Translations under genes and position numbers: made by a program
Assembly: GCA_964384105.1 (NCBI GenBank)
Contig: CAYLJV010000001.1
Coordinates: 416,001-480,000, forward strand
Direction of reading: 5' to 3'
Length of the DNA stretch: 64,000 nucleotides
From: Candidatus Hadarchaeota archaeon
Lineage (GTDB): Archaea; Hadarchaeota; Hadarchaeia; Hadarchaeales; JAGGTB01
Notes under the pieces: generated by a model
Told to the model about the DNA's origin: nothing
What the model saw: the letters and a program-made list of their open reading frames with translations, nothing else
The model's database searches: none
In this document: one piece after another, positions 10,213 through 19,824 of the stretch
Layout: every line of letters begins with the position of its first letter
How positions within the stretch are numbered: position 1 is the first letter of the stretch

Positions 10213-11025
10213 ATGAGTCATTTCCGAATAGACGATTTTAAGTTTGAATATTTAGTGGATAAGACAGCATTCAGGCCCAAGGTTGAAAAGCCCATTCTTG
10301 TGGAAGGTCTAATGGGTGTTGGCCATGTGGGTCTTTTGGCAGCTGATCATTTGATCGAAGAACTGAAACTGGAGAAAATAGCAAATGTTTATTCACCTCA
10401 TTTCACGGAACCGTTTAGTCCGAAGGACACGCCTGGAGTTAACTATACGGAGGAAGGCACAGTAGAACTTCATAAGAATGAGATATTCTGGGGGCCAAAT
10501 TATGATCTATTTGTTTACAAGGGACTTTACCAGGGTGACTATTGTGATTTTTATTACAGACATGCTAATCTGATGATGGATTTTTGCGAAGAGTTTAACG
10601 TTAGGGATGTCTACACGTTGGGGGGACTTGGCACTGGCGAAGAGGTAGAGAATCCAGAAACGAGGGCTGTAATAACGGATATAAATCTGGAGAGAGAAGT
10701 CGGTCAGTTTGCAAAAGTTATGAAAGGACAACCGAACAGACCTGGAGTGACGGGTCTCTCAGGGCTTCTTGTGGGTTTGGCCGTGAAGAATGGAATGAAG
10801 GGAATATGTCTCTTGGGGGAGACTCATGGTGCTTTCCCAGATCCGAAGGCGGCTAAAGCTGTCTTGGAGACGTTGTGCCAAATGAATGGTATTGAAATAG
10901 ACTATTCGGGTCTTGATAAGGCTGCGGAGGAAATAGAGAGCAAAAGGGAGGATTTCAAGAAGAAGATGCGAGCCTTACAAAGTAAAGCAAAGAAGGATGC
11001 AGGAGATACTGGCTATATAGGATAA
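10213..11025 (+). CDS. PAC2 family proteasome assembly chaperone-like protein
   Basis: EGLMGVGHVG, YTLGG, CLLGET, PDPKAAK, C-terminal GYIG. Confidence 0.88.
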   Translation: MSHFRIDDFKFEYLVDKTAFRPKVEKPILVEGLMGVGHVGLLAADHLIEELKLEKIANVYSPHFTEPFSPKDTPGVNYTEEGTVELHKNEIFWGPNYDLFVYKGLYQGDYCDFYYRHANLMMDFCEEFNVRDVYTLGGLGTGEEVENPETRAVITDINLEREVGQFAKVMKGQPNRPGVTGLSGLLVGLAVKNGMKGICLLGETHGAFPDPKAAKAVLETLCQMNGIEIDYSGLDKAAEEIESKREDFKKKMRALQSKAKKDAGDTGYIG

Positions 11026-11101
11026 TTTTTCTCGAAATCGGAGTTTTTGATTTGAGGGAACATCTTTATCTTTTATTATTTGAAATGTTTATTTGATTAA
11101 C

Positions 11102-11401
11102 ATGTCTAAAAGAAAAATATCTTCGATCCAACCGGATGTGCATGTGACTCACAATAGGGAAAAGTACGATATCCAATTTGAACTTTCAGGGGTTTCTCCG
11201 CAGGATATAGATCTCAAAGTTTCAGAATCTTCTTTGTGTCTATATGCTCCCAGAGATGATTATTTCGATTTTAATACCTGCGTAGGTTTAGCTCATCGAA
11301 TTGATACGGAAAAAGTCGAAGCGAAATTCAAGAATGGTCTATTAAGTGTCTCTGTCCCGATAATAGAGCCCTTGAAGGGAAGAGAAGTAGAAATAGAGTA
11401 A
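11102..11401 (+). CDS. Small heat-shock protein (Hsp20/alpha-crystallin)
   Basis: ELSGV..QDI.L and A.FKNGLL.V.VP motifs. Confidence 0.8.
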   Translation: MSKRKISSIQPDVHVTHNREKYDIQFELSGVSPQDIDLKVSESSLCLYAPRDDYFDFNTCVGLAHRIDTEKVEAKFKNGLLSVSVPIIEPLKGREVEIE

Positions 11402-11491
11402 ACGGTTTAGAGCACTAGCTCAAGCATTCGTGCAGACCGGCCCGTATTTGATACTATCTTCGGTAAAGTCGATTTCTCCACTGGCGTGAAT

Positions 11492-11791
11492 TTAGAATGA
11501 AAAGACGGAATCTCGTTTTACTTCTTCTTTTTCTTTTTCGGATCCGTTGCAAATTTTTATGTCGACTTCTTCGTCATCTATGTCTATAGATTCGATGTCC
11601 CGATCGTATTTACTTCCTATTACGGAATTAAGGAAGTTTTTCGAGATCTCTAGCTCGACCTTGTCCTTTTTTATGTTTATAGATTCTATCTCCCCTCCAA
11701 GATTACTATTCAGGATTTCTTTGAAAGAGTCCATCGAAATCCTAAACTGTTTGATCTCGTAGGGAAGACTAGACTTGGTTGTATAGTCCAA
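11492..11791 (-). CDS. Hypothetical protein with two internal ~31-aa repeats
   Basis: TTG start with GGAGG SD; IESINI..DKVELEI / IESIDI..EEVDIKI. Confidence 0.6.
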   Translation of the reverse strand: MDYTTKSSLPYEIKQFRISMDSFKEILNSNLGGEIESINIKKDKVELEISKNFLNSVIGSKYDRDIESIDIDDEEVDIKICNGSEKEKEEVKRDSVFSF

Positions 11792-11955
11792 TCTTTAATA
11801 CCTCCTTTATGCCCCCTTTCCTCTAATTTCTATCTGGACATTCGGGCTTTATAACTATCGGATGAAAAAATAAAGGATAATTTACCCATTTTTTGGTATG
11901 GGTTTTAAATAAGGCGTTCGATCCGAAGGGAATTCGAGTAAGTTTTTCCGATTCT

Positions 11956-12456
11956 TTAGACTTTGGAAAATTTTTCCTTAGGAGAGCCACAGATGGGACA
12001 CTTTTCTAGGGGTTCTCCAGAGACAGTGTTTCCACATACTTCACAAACGTACCACTCTTTTTCTTCTAGATCTCCTTTTTCCTCAAGGGATTCTAAGGCG
12101 CTTCTGTACAATTTTTCGTGCTTTTTTTCCACTTTATTAGCGTAGGTGAACGATTTTAACGCTTTTTCGTTTTCTTCGTCTTTTGCGTTTTCTATGAATT
12201 CAGGATACATCTCTTCATGCTCGTAATTTTCCCCTTCTATTGCAACTTTCAGATTTTCTTTGGTAGACTTTATTTTTCCGAGTGCTTGGAGGTGGTTTTT
12301 AGCGTGAACTCTTTCTGCCAACGCGGCTGCTCTGAACAGTTTTGCTACACCAGTTTTCCCTTCTTTCTCTGCTTTCTCTGCAAAGAAAGTGTATTTGTTT
12401 CGGGCCTGTGATTCCCCTGAAAAGGCTTCCTGCAAATTTTCTTCACTTTTTGTCAT
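11956..12456 (-). CDS. rbr: Rubrerythrin
   Basis: AFSGESQARNKY, E.VH, E..E...MYPEF, E..H, C-terminal CEVCG/CPICG rubredoxin domain; SD AGGTGA. Confidence 0.93.
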   Translation of the reverse strand: MTKSEENLQEAFSGESQARNKYTFFAEKAEKEGKTGVAKLFRAAALAERVHAKNHLQALGKIKSTKENLKVAIEGENYEHEEMYPEFIENAKDEENEKALKSFTYANKVEKKHEKLYRSALESLEEKGDLEEKEWYVCEVCGNTVSGEPLEKCPICGSPKEKFSKV

Positions 12457-12625
12457 TTTATCACCTTTCTTTTGGTAGAAATTGCTAATAATATTTCTCA
12501 TGAATTTTCTAGATTTTCGGGCAGTGATATTTGGTCCTCGATTTTCTTCATGCTGATTAATAAACTAAGTTTCGTCAGGGATACAAAGTTTATGAGATTT
12601 TGCGTTCCAACCTGTATTGAGAAAC

Positions 12626-13435
12626 ATGAAGAAAAACTTGTTAATCGTAGTAGTTTTAGTACTTTCAGTTACTTTCTCAGGAGCTATTGGGTATACAGTT
12701 GGTTTTTCTCAGAAAGAGGACGAAAATTCCAAGGATTATTTGGGTTTGGCTTCTTTAGGCGGCCTGGATTCAGAAGATTTGCTGGACGAGATTTCAGATG
12801 ATTCAGTGAATACTATAAGTGTTACAGGAATTGGAACTGCTAAAGCGGAACCGACAATAGTTAAGTTGGAACTGGGTGTGACTACTGAGGCTTCTGAATC
12901 CTTCGGTGCTCAGGAAGCTCTTGCTAAAAATTCGGAATCTATCGAAAAAATTTTGGAAGCTTTGAGTGACCTAGGAATTTCTAGAGAAAATATAAAGACT
13001 TCTCATTTTAACATAAGTCCGAGATATGAGTATAGAGATTACAGAGAAAGAAATGAAATTGTAGGCTACCGAGTTACTCACATGTTGAGCGTTGAATTCG
13101 AGGAGATAGATATGGCAGGTAGTATAATCGATGAAGCCGTAGCCAATGGTGCTAATGAGATAAACAACGTTACTTTTTCTCTTTCTGAAGGCGATTTCGA
13201 TGAGATCGAAAACATAGCTAGAGCAAGAGCAGCCCAAGATGCGAGAGAAAAGGCAGAGACAATTGCAAGTTCCTTAGGAGTAGAAATCACCGGAGTCGTA
13301 AAAGTTACTGAAGGAAGTTACTACTACGATGGATTTAATAGAACAGAGGATTTTGAAAGCGGGTCGACACAGATTATCAGTCCTCAGACCTTGACGGAGA
13401 CAGTTACATTAGAAGTGACTTTCAGGATAGAGTAG
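12626..13435 (+). CDS. SIMPL (DUF541) domain protein, secreted or membrane-anchored
   Basis: Signal peptide; ISVTG.G, P.Y...IVGY.V, GANEI..V.F, A..DA.EKA..IA. Confidence 0.85.
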   Translation: MKKNLLIVVVLVLSVTFSGAIGYTVGFSQKEDENSKDYLGLASLGGLDSEDLLDEISDDSVNTISVTGIGTAKAEPTIVKLELGVTTEASESFGAQEALAKNSESIEKILEALSDLGISRENIKTSHFNISPRYEYRDYRERNEIVGYRVTHMLSVEFEEIDMAGSIIDEAVANGANEINNVTFSLSEGDFDEIENIARARAAQDAREKAETIASSLGVEITGVVKVTEGSYYYDGFNRTEDFESGSTQIISPQTLTETVTLEVTFRIE

Positions 13436-13529
13436 GTTATCAGAGTTTGAATTGATAGCACGCAATTACTAAAGAACGTGAATATAGACCCCTTAGATTT
13501 ATTTTTTTGTTTGAACAAGAGTAACTGGT

Positions 13530-14024
13530 ATGAAAGTAGAAGTTTACAAGGGAGACATAACTCAGCTGGACTTTCAGGCCATAGTTAACCCAGCAAACTC
13601 TAGTTTGGTTATGGGCGGTGGTCTTGCGGGAATTATCAAGAAAAAGGGAGGAGAAGAAATTGAAGAGGAGGCCAAGGAACAAGCTCCTTTGGATGTGGGG
13701 AGTGCCATTGTTACCACCTCAGGGAAGTTACCGTGCGAATTTGTAATTCATGCTCCTACGATGGTGCGACCGGCCCAGAAAGTATCTCCCGAGAACGCCC
13801 GTCTCGCTATGAAGGGGATCCTGAAATGTGCGGAGGAAAACGGGATTAAAGAGATCGCCGTTCCGGGTTTGGGAACTGGTGTCGGTGGAGTTTCTGCCAA
13901 GGATGCTGCTAGTGTGATGGTTGATGAATTGAAAAATTTTGAAAGTGATGTTGTAGAGAAGGTTTTGCTTGTAGGATACAGTGATGAACTATATACTGCT
14001 TTTAAAGAGGAGTTAGAAAGATAG
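13530..14024 (+). CDS. Macro domain (ADP-ribose-binding) protein
   Basis: GDIT, AIVNPAN, MGGGLAG, VIHAPT, PGLGTGVGG. Confidence 0.93.
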   Translation: MKVEVYKGDITQLDFQAIVNPANSSLVMGGGLAGIIKKKGGEEIEEEAKEQAPLDVGSAIVTTSGKLPCEFVIHAPTMVRPAQKVSPENARLAMKGILKCAEENGIKEIAVPGLGTGVGGVSAKDAASVMVDELKNFESDVVEKVLLVGYSDELYTAFKEELER

Positions 14025-14092
14025 TTTTTCTGAACGGGTCTTTTACTTAGTTGAACAATATTAGGTAAAATCTTTGTTTTCAATACACTTCC

Positions 14093-14566
14093 TTATTCTT
14101 GGCCTAGCGATTCGATCAAGTTCTTAATGAATTCCTTTGCGTTTTCAATATCGTTTTGATTCGGTCTCCCCTTGTTTAAGCCACCAAATATTCCTACGAT
14201 ACCGTTTGTATCCCATCCTCTGCAAGAAAAAGTGTCTACGACATCGAATCCTTTATCGACTAGTTTCTCTTTCAATGCTTTGTTGAATTCGTGAAAGATT
14301 GGAAATCTACCCATTCCGCTAGTTGCGAAAACAAATGCTTTTTTATCGTTGATCTCAGGAAGTTCATCTACCAATTTTAATAGTCGTTTATGATGTTTTC
14401 CGAAATATATTCCTGAACCGAAACCAATTAGATCGTATTTTTGAACGTCTTCCATATCGACATTTTTCGGTTCTACAGCTTCGGCGTTTAAAATGTCAGC
14501 CATAGATTCGGCTATTTTTTGAGTATTTTCGTGATGCTCGGATTTGCAGATTATTAATGACTCCAT
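14093..14566 (-). CDS. Flavodoxin family protein
   Basis: S.HH.NT.KIA, GFGSGIYFG, F.CRGWDT, NKGRP. Confidence 0.85.
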   Translation of the reverse strand: MESLIICKSEHHENTQKIAESMADILNAEAVEPKNVDMEDVQKYDLIGFGSGIYFGKHHKRLLKLVDELPEINDKKAFVFATSGMGRFPIFHEFNKALKEKLVDKGFDVVDTFSCRGWDTNGIVGIFGGLNKGRPNQNDIENAKEFIKNLIESLGQE

Positions 14567-14675
14567 ATTTATATCAACTAAATTTTTGCTCAATAGTTTC
14601 TTTGAAGTCTTTGGTTTATTCAATTTTTATAAAATCCTACAAAATAATGAACTGTATTTCTTATTCGAGAAATTA

Positions 14676-15428
14676 CTAGGTACACTCCTCAAAAAATTTT
14701 GAATAAACGCACTTTTTGGGCGGGACTTTTGGTGTAATGCCATTGCCGTTTAAGATGTTTATGTCGAGGCCTCGAACTATGACCGCTGGTATGCTTTCAT
14801 CGGCTTCACCCATGACTAATTGTGCTGCGGCAGAGATCTGATCCCCGATTCCCTTGAAAGTGATTTGTAATTTTCTACCATATAGATCTCTCTGGTTCCT
14901 GCAATCTAGAGCTACTTTAACGCCACTGGATCCGATCGATTGTCCGATAGTTCCCAGTCGTAGTGGCTGAACGTGACTGTCTGAGATGATTATTCCTATT
15001 TTCTTACCAGTTTTATTTTCAAATTCTTTCCTTAGTTCCTTGGCCACTTTATCCGAATCCTCCGGAATCAAAAGGGCATACCCCCGCGGCACGTTAGTTC
15101 TATCTACTCCGGCGTTTATTCTCAACATTCCATCTTTTAGAGTCAGGATACACTTATCGCTTGGTCCTATGACTTCATCGGATTCCTGAAGGATTATTTC
15201 AACGAACTTTTCTTCTAGACCACTTTTTTCGGCTAGTTTCTTTGCTTTTTCGCTAGGTTCTATCTCATCTATTTTTCGGGTTCTACCTAGGACAGTTGAA
15301 ACCACGCTGGAAGCGATTACCAAGATGTCATTGTCTTTTAGTTTCTCTCCTGCGTCCGATTCGAGAATAACGTCTACTAAATTGTCGCCATATTTTATTA
15401 GGGGAGTTTTTATTCCGATTAGCTCCAT
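14676..15428 (-). CDS. cofE: Coenzyme F420-0:L-glutamate ligase family protein (divergent paralog)
   Basis: NAGVDRTN, P.DSD..A, IISDS..PLRLG, DLYGR.L, MGEADE..P. Confidence 0.75.
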   Translation of the reverse strand: MELIGIKTPLIKYGDNLVDVILESDAGEKLKDNDILVIASSVVSTVLGRTRKIDEIEPSEKAKKLAEKSGLEEKFVEIILQESDEVIGPSDKCILTLKDGMLRINAGVDRTNVPRGYALLIPEDSDKVAKELRKEFENKTGKKIGIIISDSHVQPLRLGTIGQSIGSSGVKVALDCRNQRDLYGRKLQITFKGIGDQISAAAQLVMGEADESIPAVIVRGLDINILNGNGITPKVPPKKCVYSKFFEECT

Positions 15429-15452
15429 AGTATCCGCATTAATTGTGGTTGC

Positions 15453-16250
15453 TTAAAAAATAAATGCCAGGTTTTTAAGAGGTTTCCTTTGGATTAGGCT
15501 GCCAGGAAAAATCTGCCAGGCTAGAGCCGATTTTGCTACTAAGCTGAGGATTATGTAGAATCTCTCTCCATAAAGATAGTCTTTCCAGGGTCCGGCCTTT
15601 TTGTACTGTAGTAATTGATTAAGGGCAAAAATATTGAAGAAAATGAATATTGATATGTAGACATATATTACGAAGTCGGGAACTGCTCCCGCAGTTGCGG
15701 AAACAGCTCCTATTAGATAAATTGCTATAGCAACCCAGGCACTATTCCTGCTAAGCAATCGAAAATATAAGAGGTCCAGTTGGTTTTTTTCGGTTTTTTT
15801 TGGTTATGGGGTTCCATCACCCAACCGAACCATATCATCATGGCGTTCAGGGTGAATATCAGAATTAATGTGGCAAGGTCAAATATTCCCGTCAGCATAG
15901 CGATTATAGCAATCATTAGCGAGGCACTGAAAGTATACTCGACCCATAGGGTGGGATTTATATGGTTTTTTGGTTTTTTTCACATACCAATCTTAGAGCA
16001 CTGTTGAGATGAGGAAATGCGCAACTGCGGATATTAGTAGGAATATGGCGATGAGTGGCCCGATTTGAACGTTGGTAAGAGTTTTGGTGGCTAGTTCGAG
16101 TGCTGCGTGACTGGAAGTCAATTTGGAAGTAGTTATTGGCAGAGGAGACGATTTAATGGGGTAGAACATCAAAATTGCTTGAAAAAGATGTATTATAACC
16201 ATTAAACCGTTAAATATTCTTAACTTTTTGAATTTTTTAGAATATTCCAT
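15453..16250 (-). pseudogene. heR: Heliorhodopsin pseudogene (one nonsense codon, two frameshifts)
   Basis: Fragments FNG.M..IHL.Q, F..ISA.AH, NP..WVEY..SAS.M, VPDFV.Y, YGER.YIILSLVAKSALAWQ.F; TAA at 15993; frameshifts near 15970 and 15739. Confidence 0.9.
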
Positions 16251-16405
16251 CTTATATCATTCAAATAATAGTTATTGATGCTTAATATTCTAAATTTCCT
16301 TTATATATTTGTTCTTTTTTGCAGAGTAGGTTTTTCACTGTTTCAATTCTACTTTTTTTACCAATTAAGTCCTTAAATATAGCAAAATTTTTGGACAATC
16401 GTTTT

Positions 16406-16740
16406 TTAGTTATCATCAGTATCTTTTATGGCTTCGATTACTCTAACCAACTGAGTGGTCTCTTTGGGTCATGATTCTTATTAATATCTGCTTCGTTTAT
16501 GATCGTTACTTCGGTAGCACCTAGATCTGATCAATTTTTTAAATGGATTCTCTATTCCAAGGACACTTCCTATAAATGATTTTCTTGGAGCATCAATGCG
16601 GATAGGTTTCTTTAGCTTTTTGAGTTTACTGAGGTAGCTACGATTTTTAGGTCTGATTTTATACCTTTTCAAAAACTAATCCCGGGATCTACCGCTGTTT
16701 TTTTTAAATCCACATCTTTTCATTGCATATTTGGAGGCTT
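16406..16740 (-). pseudogene. folP: Dihydropteroate synthase C-terminal remnant
   Basis: VDPGISF*K (for DPGIGFGK), KPIRIDAPRKSFIG (for PILVG.SRKSFIG), ADI...HD..ET...VRV.EAI spread across frames. Confidence 0.75.
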
Positions 16741-16926
16741 TCCATGGGCAAGTAGATTGACATTAAATTTAAGCGACGTGCTTTCTAGCTTTAAAGTGAT
16801 TGAATAAAATATGTTTAGATACGAGATTTGGATTTAATGAATTGATGTGAATAAGTATGAGTATCAAGGTAGATGCAGGAAAAGGGGTTATAGTTAAATA
16901 ATCATCTTAATGGGTAGAGCTATTTC

Positions 16927-18030
16927 ATGAACAATAAAAACGGAAATAAAAAACTGTTTGGCCACTTAAAGAGAGAGGTAATTGATTCGGGGTTTTGTGT
17001 TTCATGTGGAGCTTGTGTGGTTTCCTGTCCACTTCATTCTTTAGGGTTTGAAGAAACGGGCCCGGAACTGCAAGGTATGTGTAACGCTTGTGGTCTTTGT
17101 TATGCTCAATGCCCCCAGCCGGTTTTTGATGATGATCTGAAGAAGAGGATTTTTGGAGATAACCCTTCTTCTGCTATTGGTTATTACAAGGGGTTGTACT
17201 CGGGAAAAACTACTTCTCCGGAGATTGAGATGATTGCTCAGAATGGAGGAGTCGTCACGAGTTTACTGGTTTCTCTTTTGGAAGAAGGGTTTATTGATGG
17301 TGCAGTTGTTATGGATAAGGATTCACAATGGAAACCGATTCCGATGGTTGCAACTACCAAGGAGGAATTGCTTGACTGTTCTGGATCCAAATACTCACAG
17401 GCCCCGATATTAAAAGCGCTTGGAGATGTTGTAGATAGATACGATATGGATAGAGTGGCTTTGGTTGGAACTCCGTGCCAAATAAAAGCGTTTAGAAATA
17501 TGACAGTGGGGGATCGTCCAGCTAAAAAGGTTTCAAAGAGCGTACTTCTAACTGTGGGCCTTTTTTGTCTCAGGTCTTTTGCCTATGAAAGTTTATTCGA
17601 GAAAGTATTGCCAGATCAGTTGGGAATAGATCCTTCGGATGTATCTAAGTTCGATATAACCGAATCGAATCTCGTCATTTATCAGAAGGGTCGTCCAAAA
17701 AAGAGGGTTTCTTTGGACGTTTTAGAAAGGTTCGTTCCCGAGTCTTGCAAGGTCTGCGGAGATTTCACTGCAGAGTTTGCGGATATATCGGTAGGGGGTA
17801 CAGGTTCCCCTGAAGGTTTTTCTACAACGATAGTAAGGACAGATGTTGGGAGTCAAGCTTTTTCTGTGGGTCTTAAGTCGGGCGGTTATGAGGTTAATAA
17901 GTTAGATGAGGATGAGCCTAGGATAGAATCGATTGAAAAGCTTTCTAAGATAAATAAGCAGAAAGCTGAAAGGAGAATCAAAATACAAACGAGAAACGAC
18001 GAATCTTTGCCTTCAGGACTGTTGCCGTGA
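16927..18030 (+). CDS. Coenzyme F420 hydrogenase/dehydrogenase beta subunit (FrhB/FpoF-like) with N-terminal ferredoxin domain
   Basis: CVSCGACVVSCP, CNACGLCYAQCP, QNGGVVT, SGSKY, VGTPCQ, GLFC, C..C.DF.AE.ADISVG. Confidence 0.9.
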   Translation: MNNKNGNKKLFGHLKREVIDSGFCVSCGACVVSCPLHSLGFEETGPELQGMCNACGLCYAQCPQPVFDDDLKKRIFGDNPSSAIGYYKGLYSGKTTSPEIEMIAQNGGVVTSLLVSLLEEGFIDGAVVMDKDSQWKPIPMVATTKEELLDCSGSKYSQAPILKALGDVVDRYDMDRVALVGTPCQIKAFRNMTVGDRPAKKVSKSVLLTVGLFCLRSFAYESLFEKVLPDQLGIDPSDVSKFDITESNLVIYQKGRPKKRVSLDVLERFVPESCKVCGDFTAEFADISVGGTGSPEGFSTTIVRTDVGSQAFSVGLKSGGYEVNKLDEDEPRIESIEKLSKINKQKAERRIKIQTRNDESLPSGLLP

Positions 18031-18033
18031 GCT

Positions 18034-19011
18034 TTAATAAATCAGTTTACTGATCTTCTCTATTGCTGAGTATGTATTTGGTCCTATCGGAGACCCTATA
18101 ACAATTTGAGTAATTCCCATCTTTTGAACTTCCTTTACCCTTTCTTCTAACCGATCTATTTTCCCGCTAATGGAGAATACATCGATCATCTTTCTTGTGA
18201 CTAGTTTCTTTGCTTCCTTGGTTTCGCCGTTCATGAGGTATTTTCTAATTCTTTGGATTCTTTCTTTTGAGATATTTTCTCGCTCTATGGTTGATTCGGG
18301 TGCTGAGGCTGCAACGAAGGACGTGATGGCTCGGGCCTTGTTACGAGCTTTCTCCTCGTTTTCATCAATGGATGTGGCCATATATGCAACTTTATCGAAA
18401 TCTTTGAGACTTCTACCTGTTTCTTTAGCACCTTCTTCTACAAGTTTTATGCATTCTTTCAGGTCCTCTGGATGGGACGCGTTAAATAGTGCACCATCTG
18501 CAAGAGCTCCAGCGAGCTTCATCATCTGTTCTCCTCTTCCCCCTATGTAAATAGGAATCTCATGGAGAGGGGAAAATCCGAGTTTTGCTTCTTTACAGGT
18601 GAATATTTCTCCTGCGAAATCGGTTTTTTTACCGTCTAGAAGCTTTCTAATTATTTTTATCGCCTCTTTTACCGCTGTTATTGGCTTTTTGTGTTCTATG
18701 CCTATTGAATTTAAAAATGCGGGATCTCCCGCAGATATACCTAAAGTTGCCCTGCCCCCTGATAGCTCGTCCAGGGTCGCTACCGCTGCGGCTGTGACAG
18801 ATGGGTGGACAAGGTAGGGGTTTGTTACTCCGGGGCCTAGTTGTATTTCCTCCGTAATATCCGTGAGATGAGCTAAAATCGAGTGAACGTAGCGGTTGTG
18901 ATAATGATCGGCTACCCACAAGTAGTCAAATCCCGACTTCTCTATTTTTTCCCCTAATCTCTTTAGCTTCTGGGGTGTATAGTAAGGAACTATTTCTGCT
19001 CCAAATTTCAT
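18034..19011 (-). CDS. mer: F420-dependent methylenetetrahydromethanopterin reductase
   Basis: MKFG.E.VP, WVADHY.NR, LGPGVTNPY, LG...GD, NASHP.D, GSPIGP. Confidence 0.88.
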   Translation of the reverse strand: MKFGAEIVPYYTPQKLKRLGEKIEKSGFDYLWVADHYHNRYVHSILAHLTDITEEIQLGPGVTNPYLVHPSVTAAAVATLDELSGGRATLGISAGDPAFLNSIGIEHKKPITAVKEAIKIIRKLLDGKKTDFAGEIFTCKEAKLGFSPLHEIPIYIGGRGEQMMKLAGALADGALFNASHPEDLKECIKLVEEGAKETGRSLKDFDKVAYMATSIDENEEKARNKARAITSFVAASAPESTIERENISKERIQRIRKYLMNGETKEAKKLVTRKMIDVFSISGKIDRLEERVKEVQKMGITQIVIGSPIGPNTYSAIEKISKLIY

Positions 19012-19079
19012 TCTCCGACCTTGCGTCGAAATTGAGTGGTATAAGTTAAAAAGGTATCCTGAGGATTCTTAGAGATAGA

Positions 19080-19820
19080 ATGAAAATAATACCCTTGAAA
19101 AGTGATCATTTTTTTGTTCCAGGTGACGATGTTTCGGCTTTTATTATCAAGAACTTGGAGGAAAGCGGAGAGTCTCTTGAAGATGGCGATGTTATCGTTA
19201 TCGCCCAGAGTATTGTCTCAAAAGCCGAAGGGAATATAGTTGACTTGAGTGAAATAGAACCTACTTCTAGAGCGATGGAAATAGCAGAGAAGATAGATGA
19301 GAATCCAAGGAAAGTACAAGTAATTTTAGAACAATCAAAAGAGATAGTTCGATCTAACCATGTTCTTATAACTAGAACCAAACATGGGTTTGTTTGTGCT
19401 CATTCTGGCGTTGACAGTTCCAACGTAGAGAAAGGGAAAGTTACTTTACTTCCAGAAGATCCTGATGCAAGTGCTAGTTCTATAAGGAAAAATTTGGAGG
19501 AGAGATTCGGAAAGAAAGTTTCTATTATAATATCCGACAGTTGGGGTAGACCATTTAGACTCGGTGCGGTTGGAATGGCTATAGGAATATCAGGAATAGA
19601 AGCTCTCGTGGACCTGAGGGGTGAAGTCGATTCCTATGATCGAGTATTAAAGAATACCGTTATTTCACCTCCGGATTCCCTGGCCGCCATAGCTTCTTTG
19701 GAGATGGGTGAGGCTTCCGAGAAGATACCTGCCGTCCTGATTAGGGGTGCCAAGTATAAGTCGGGAAAAGGTTCAATTTCTGACCTGATTAGGAGCGAGG
19801 AAGAGGATCTATTCAGGTGA
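19080..19820 (+). CDS. cofE: Coenzyme F420-0:L-glutamate ligase
   Basis: IVSKAEG, GFVCA.SGVD.SN, LLPEDPD.SA, SDSWGRPFRLG, EDLFR. Confidence 0.92.
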   Translation: MKIIPLKSDHFFVPGDDVSAFIIKNLEESGESLEDGDVIVIAQSIVSKAEGNIVDLSEIEPTSRAMEIAEKIDENPRKVQVILEQSKEIVRSNHVLITRTKHGFVCAHSGVDSSNVEKGKVTLLPEDPDASASSIRKNLEERFGKKVSIIISDSWGRPFRLGAVGMAIGISGIEALVDLRGEVDSYDRVLKNTVISPPDSLAAIASLEMGEASEKIPAVLIRGAKYKSGKGSISDLIRSEEEDLFR

Positions 19821-19824
19821 TATC

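Noticed and set aside
11402-11491. GC-richer gap between convergent genes as a second C/D sRNA
   Set aside because: No canonical C and D boxes with a terminal stem
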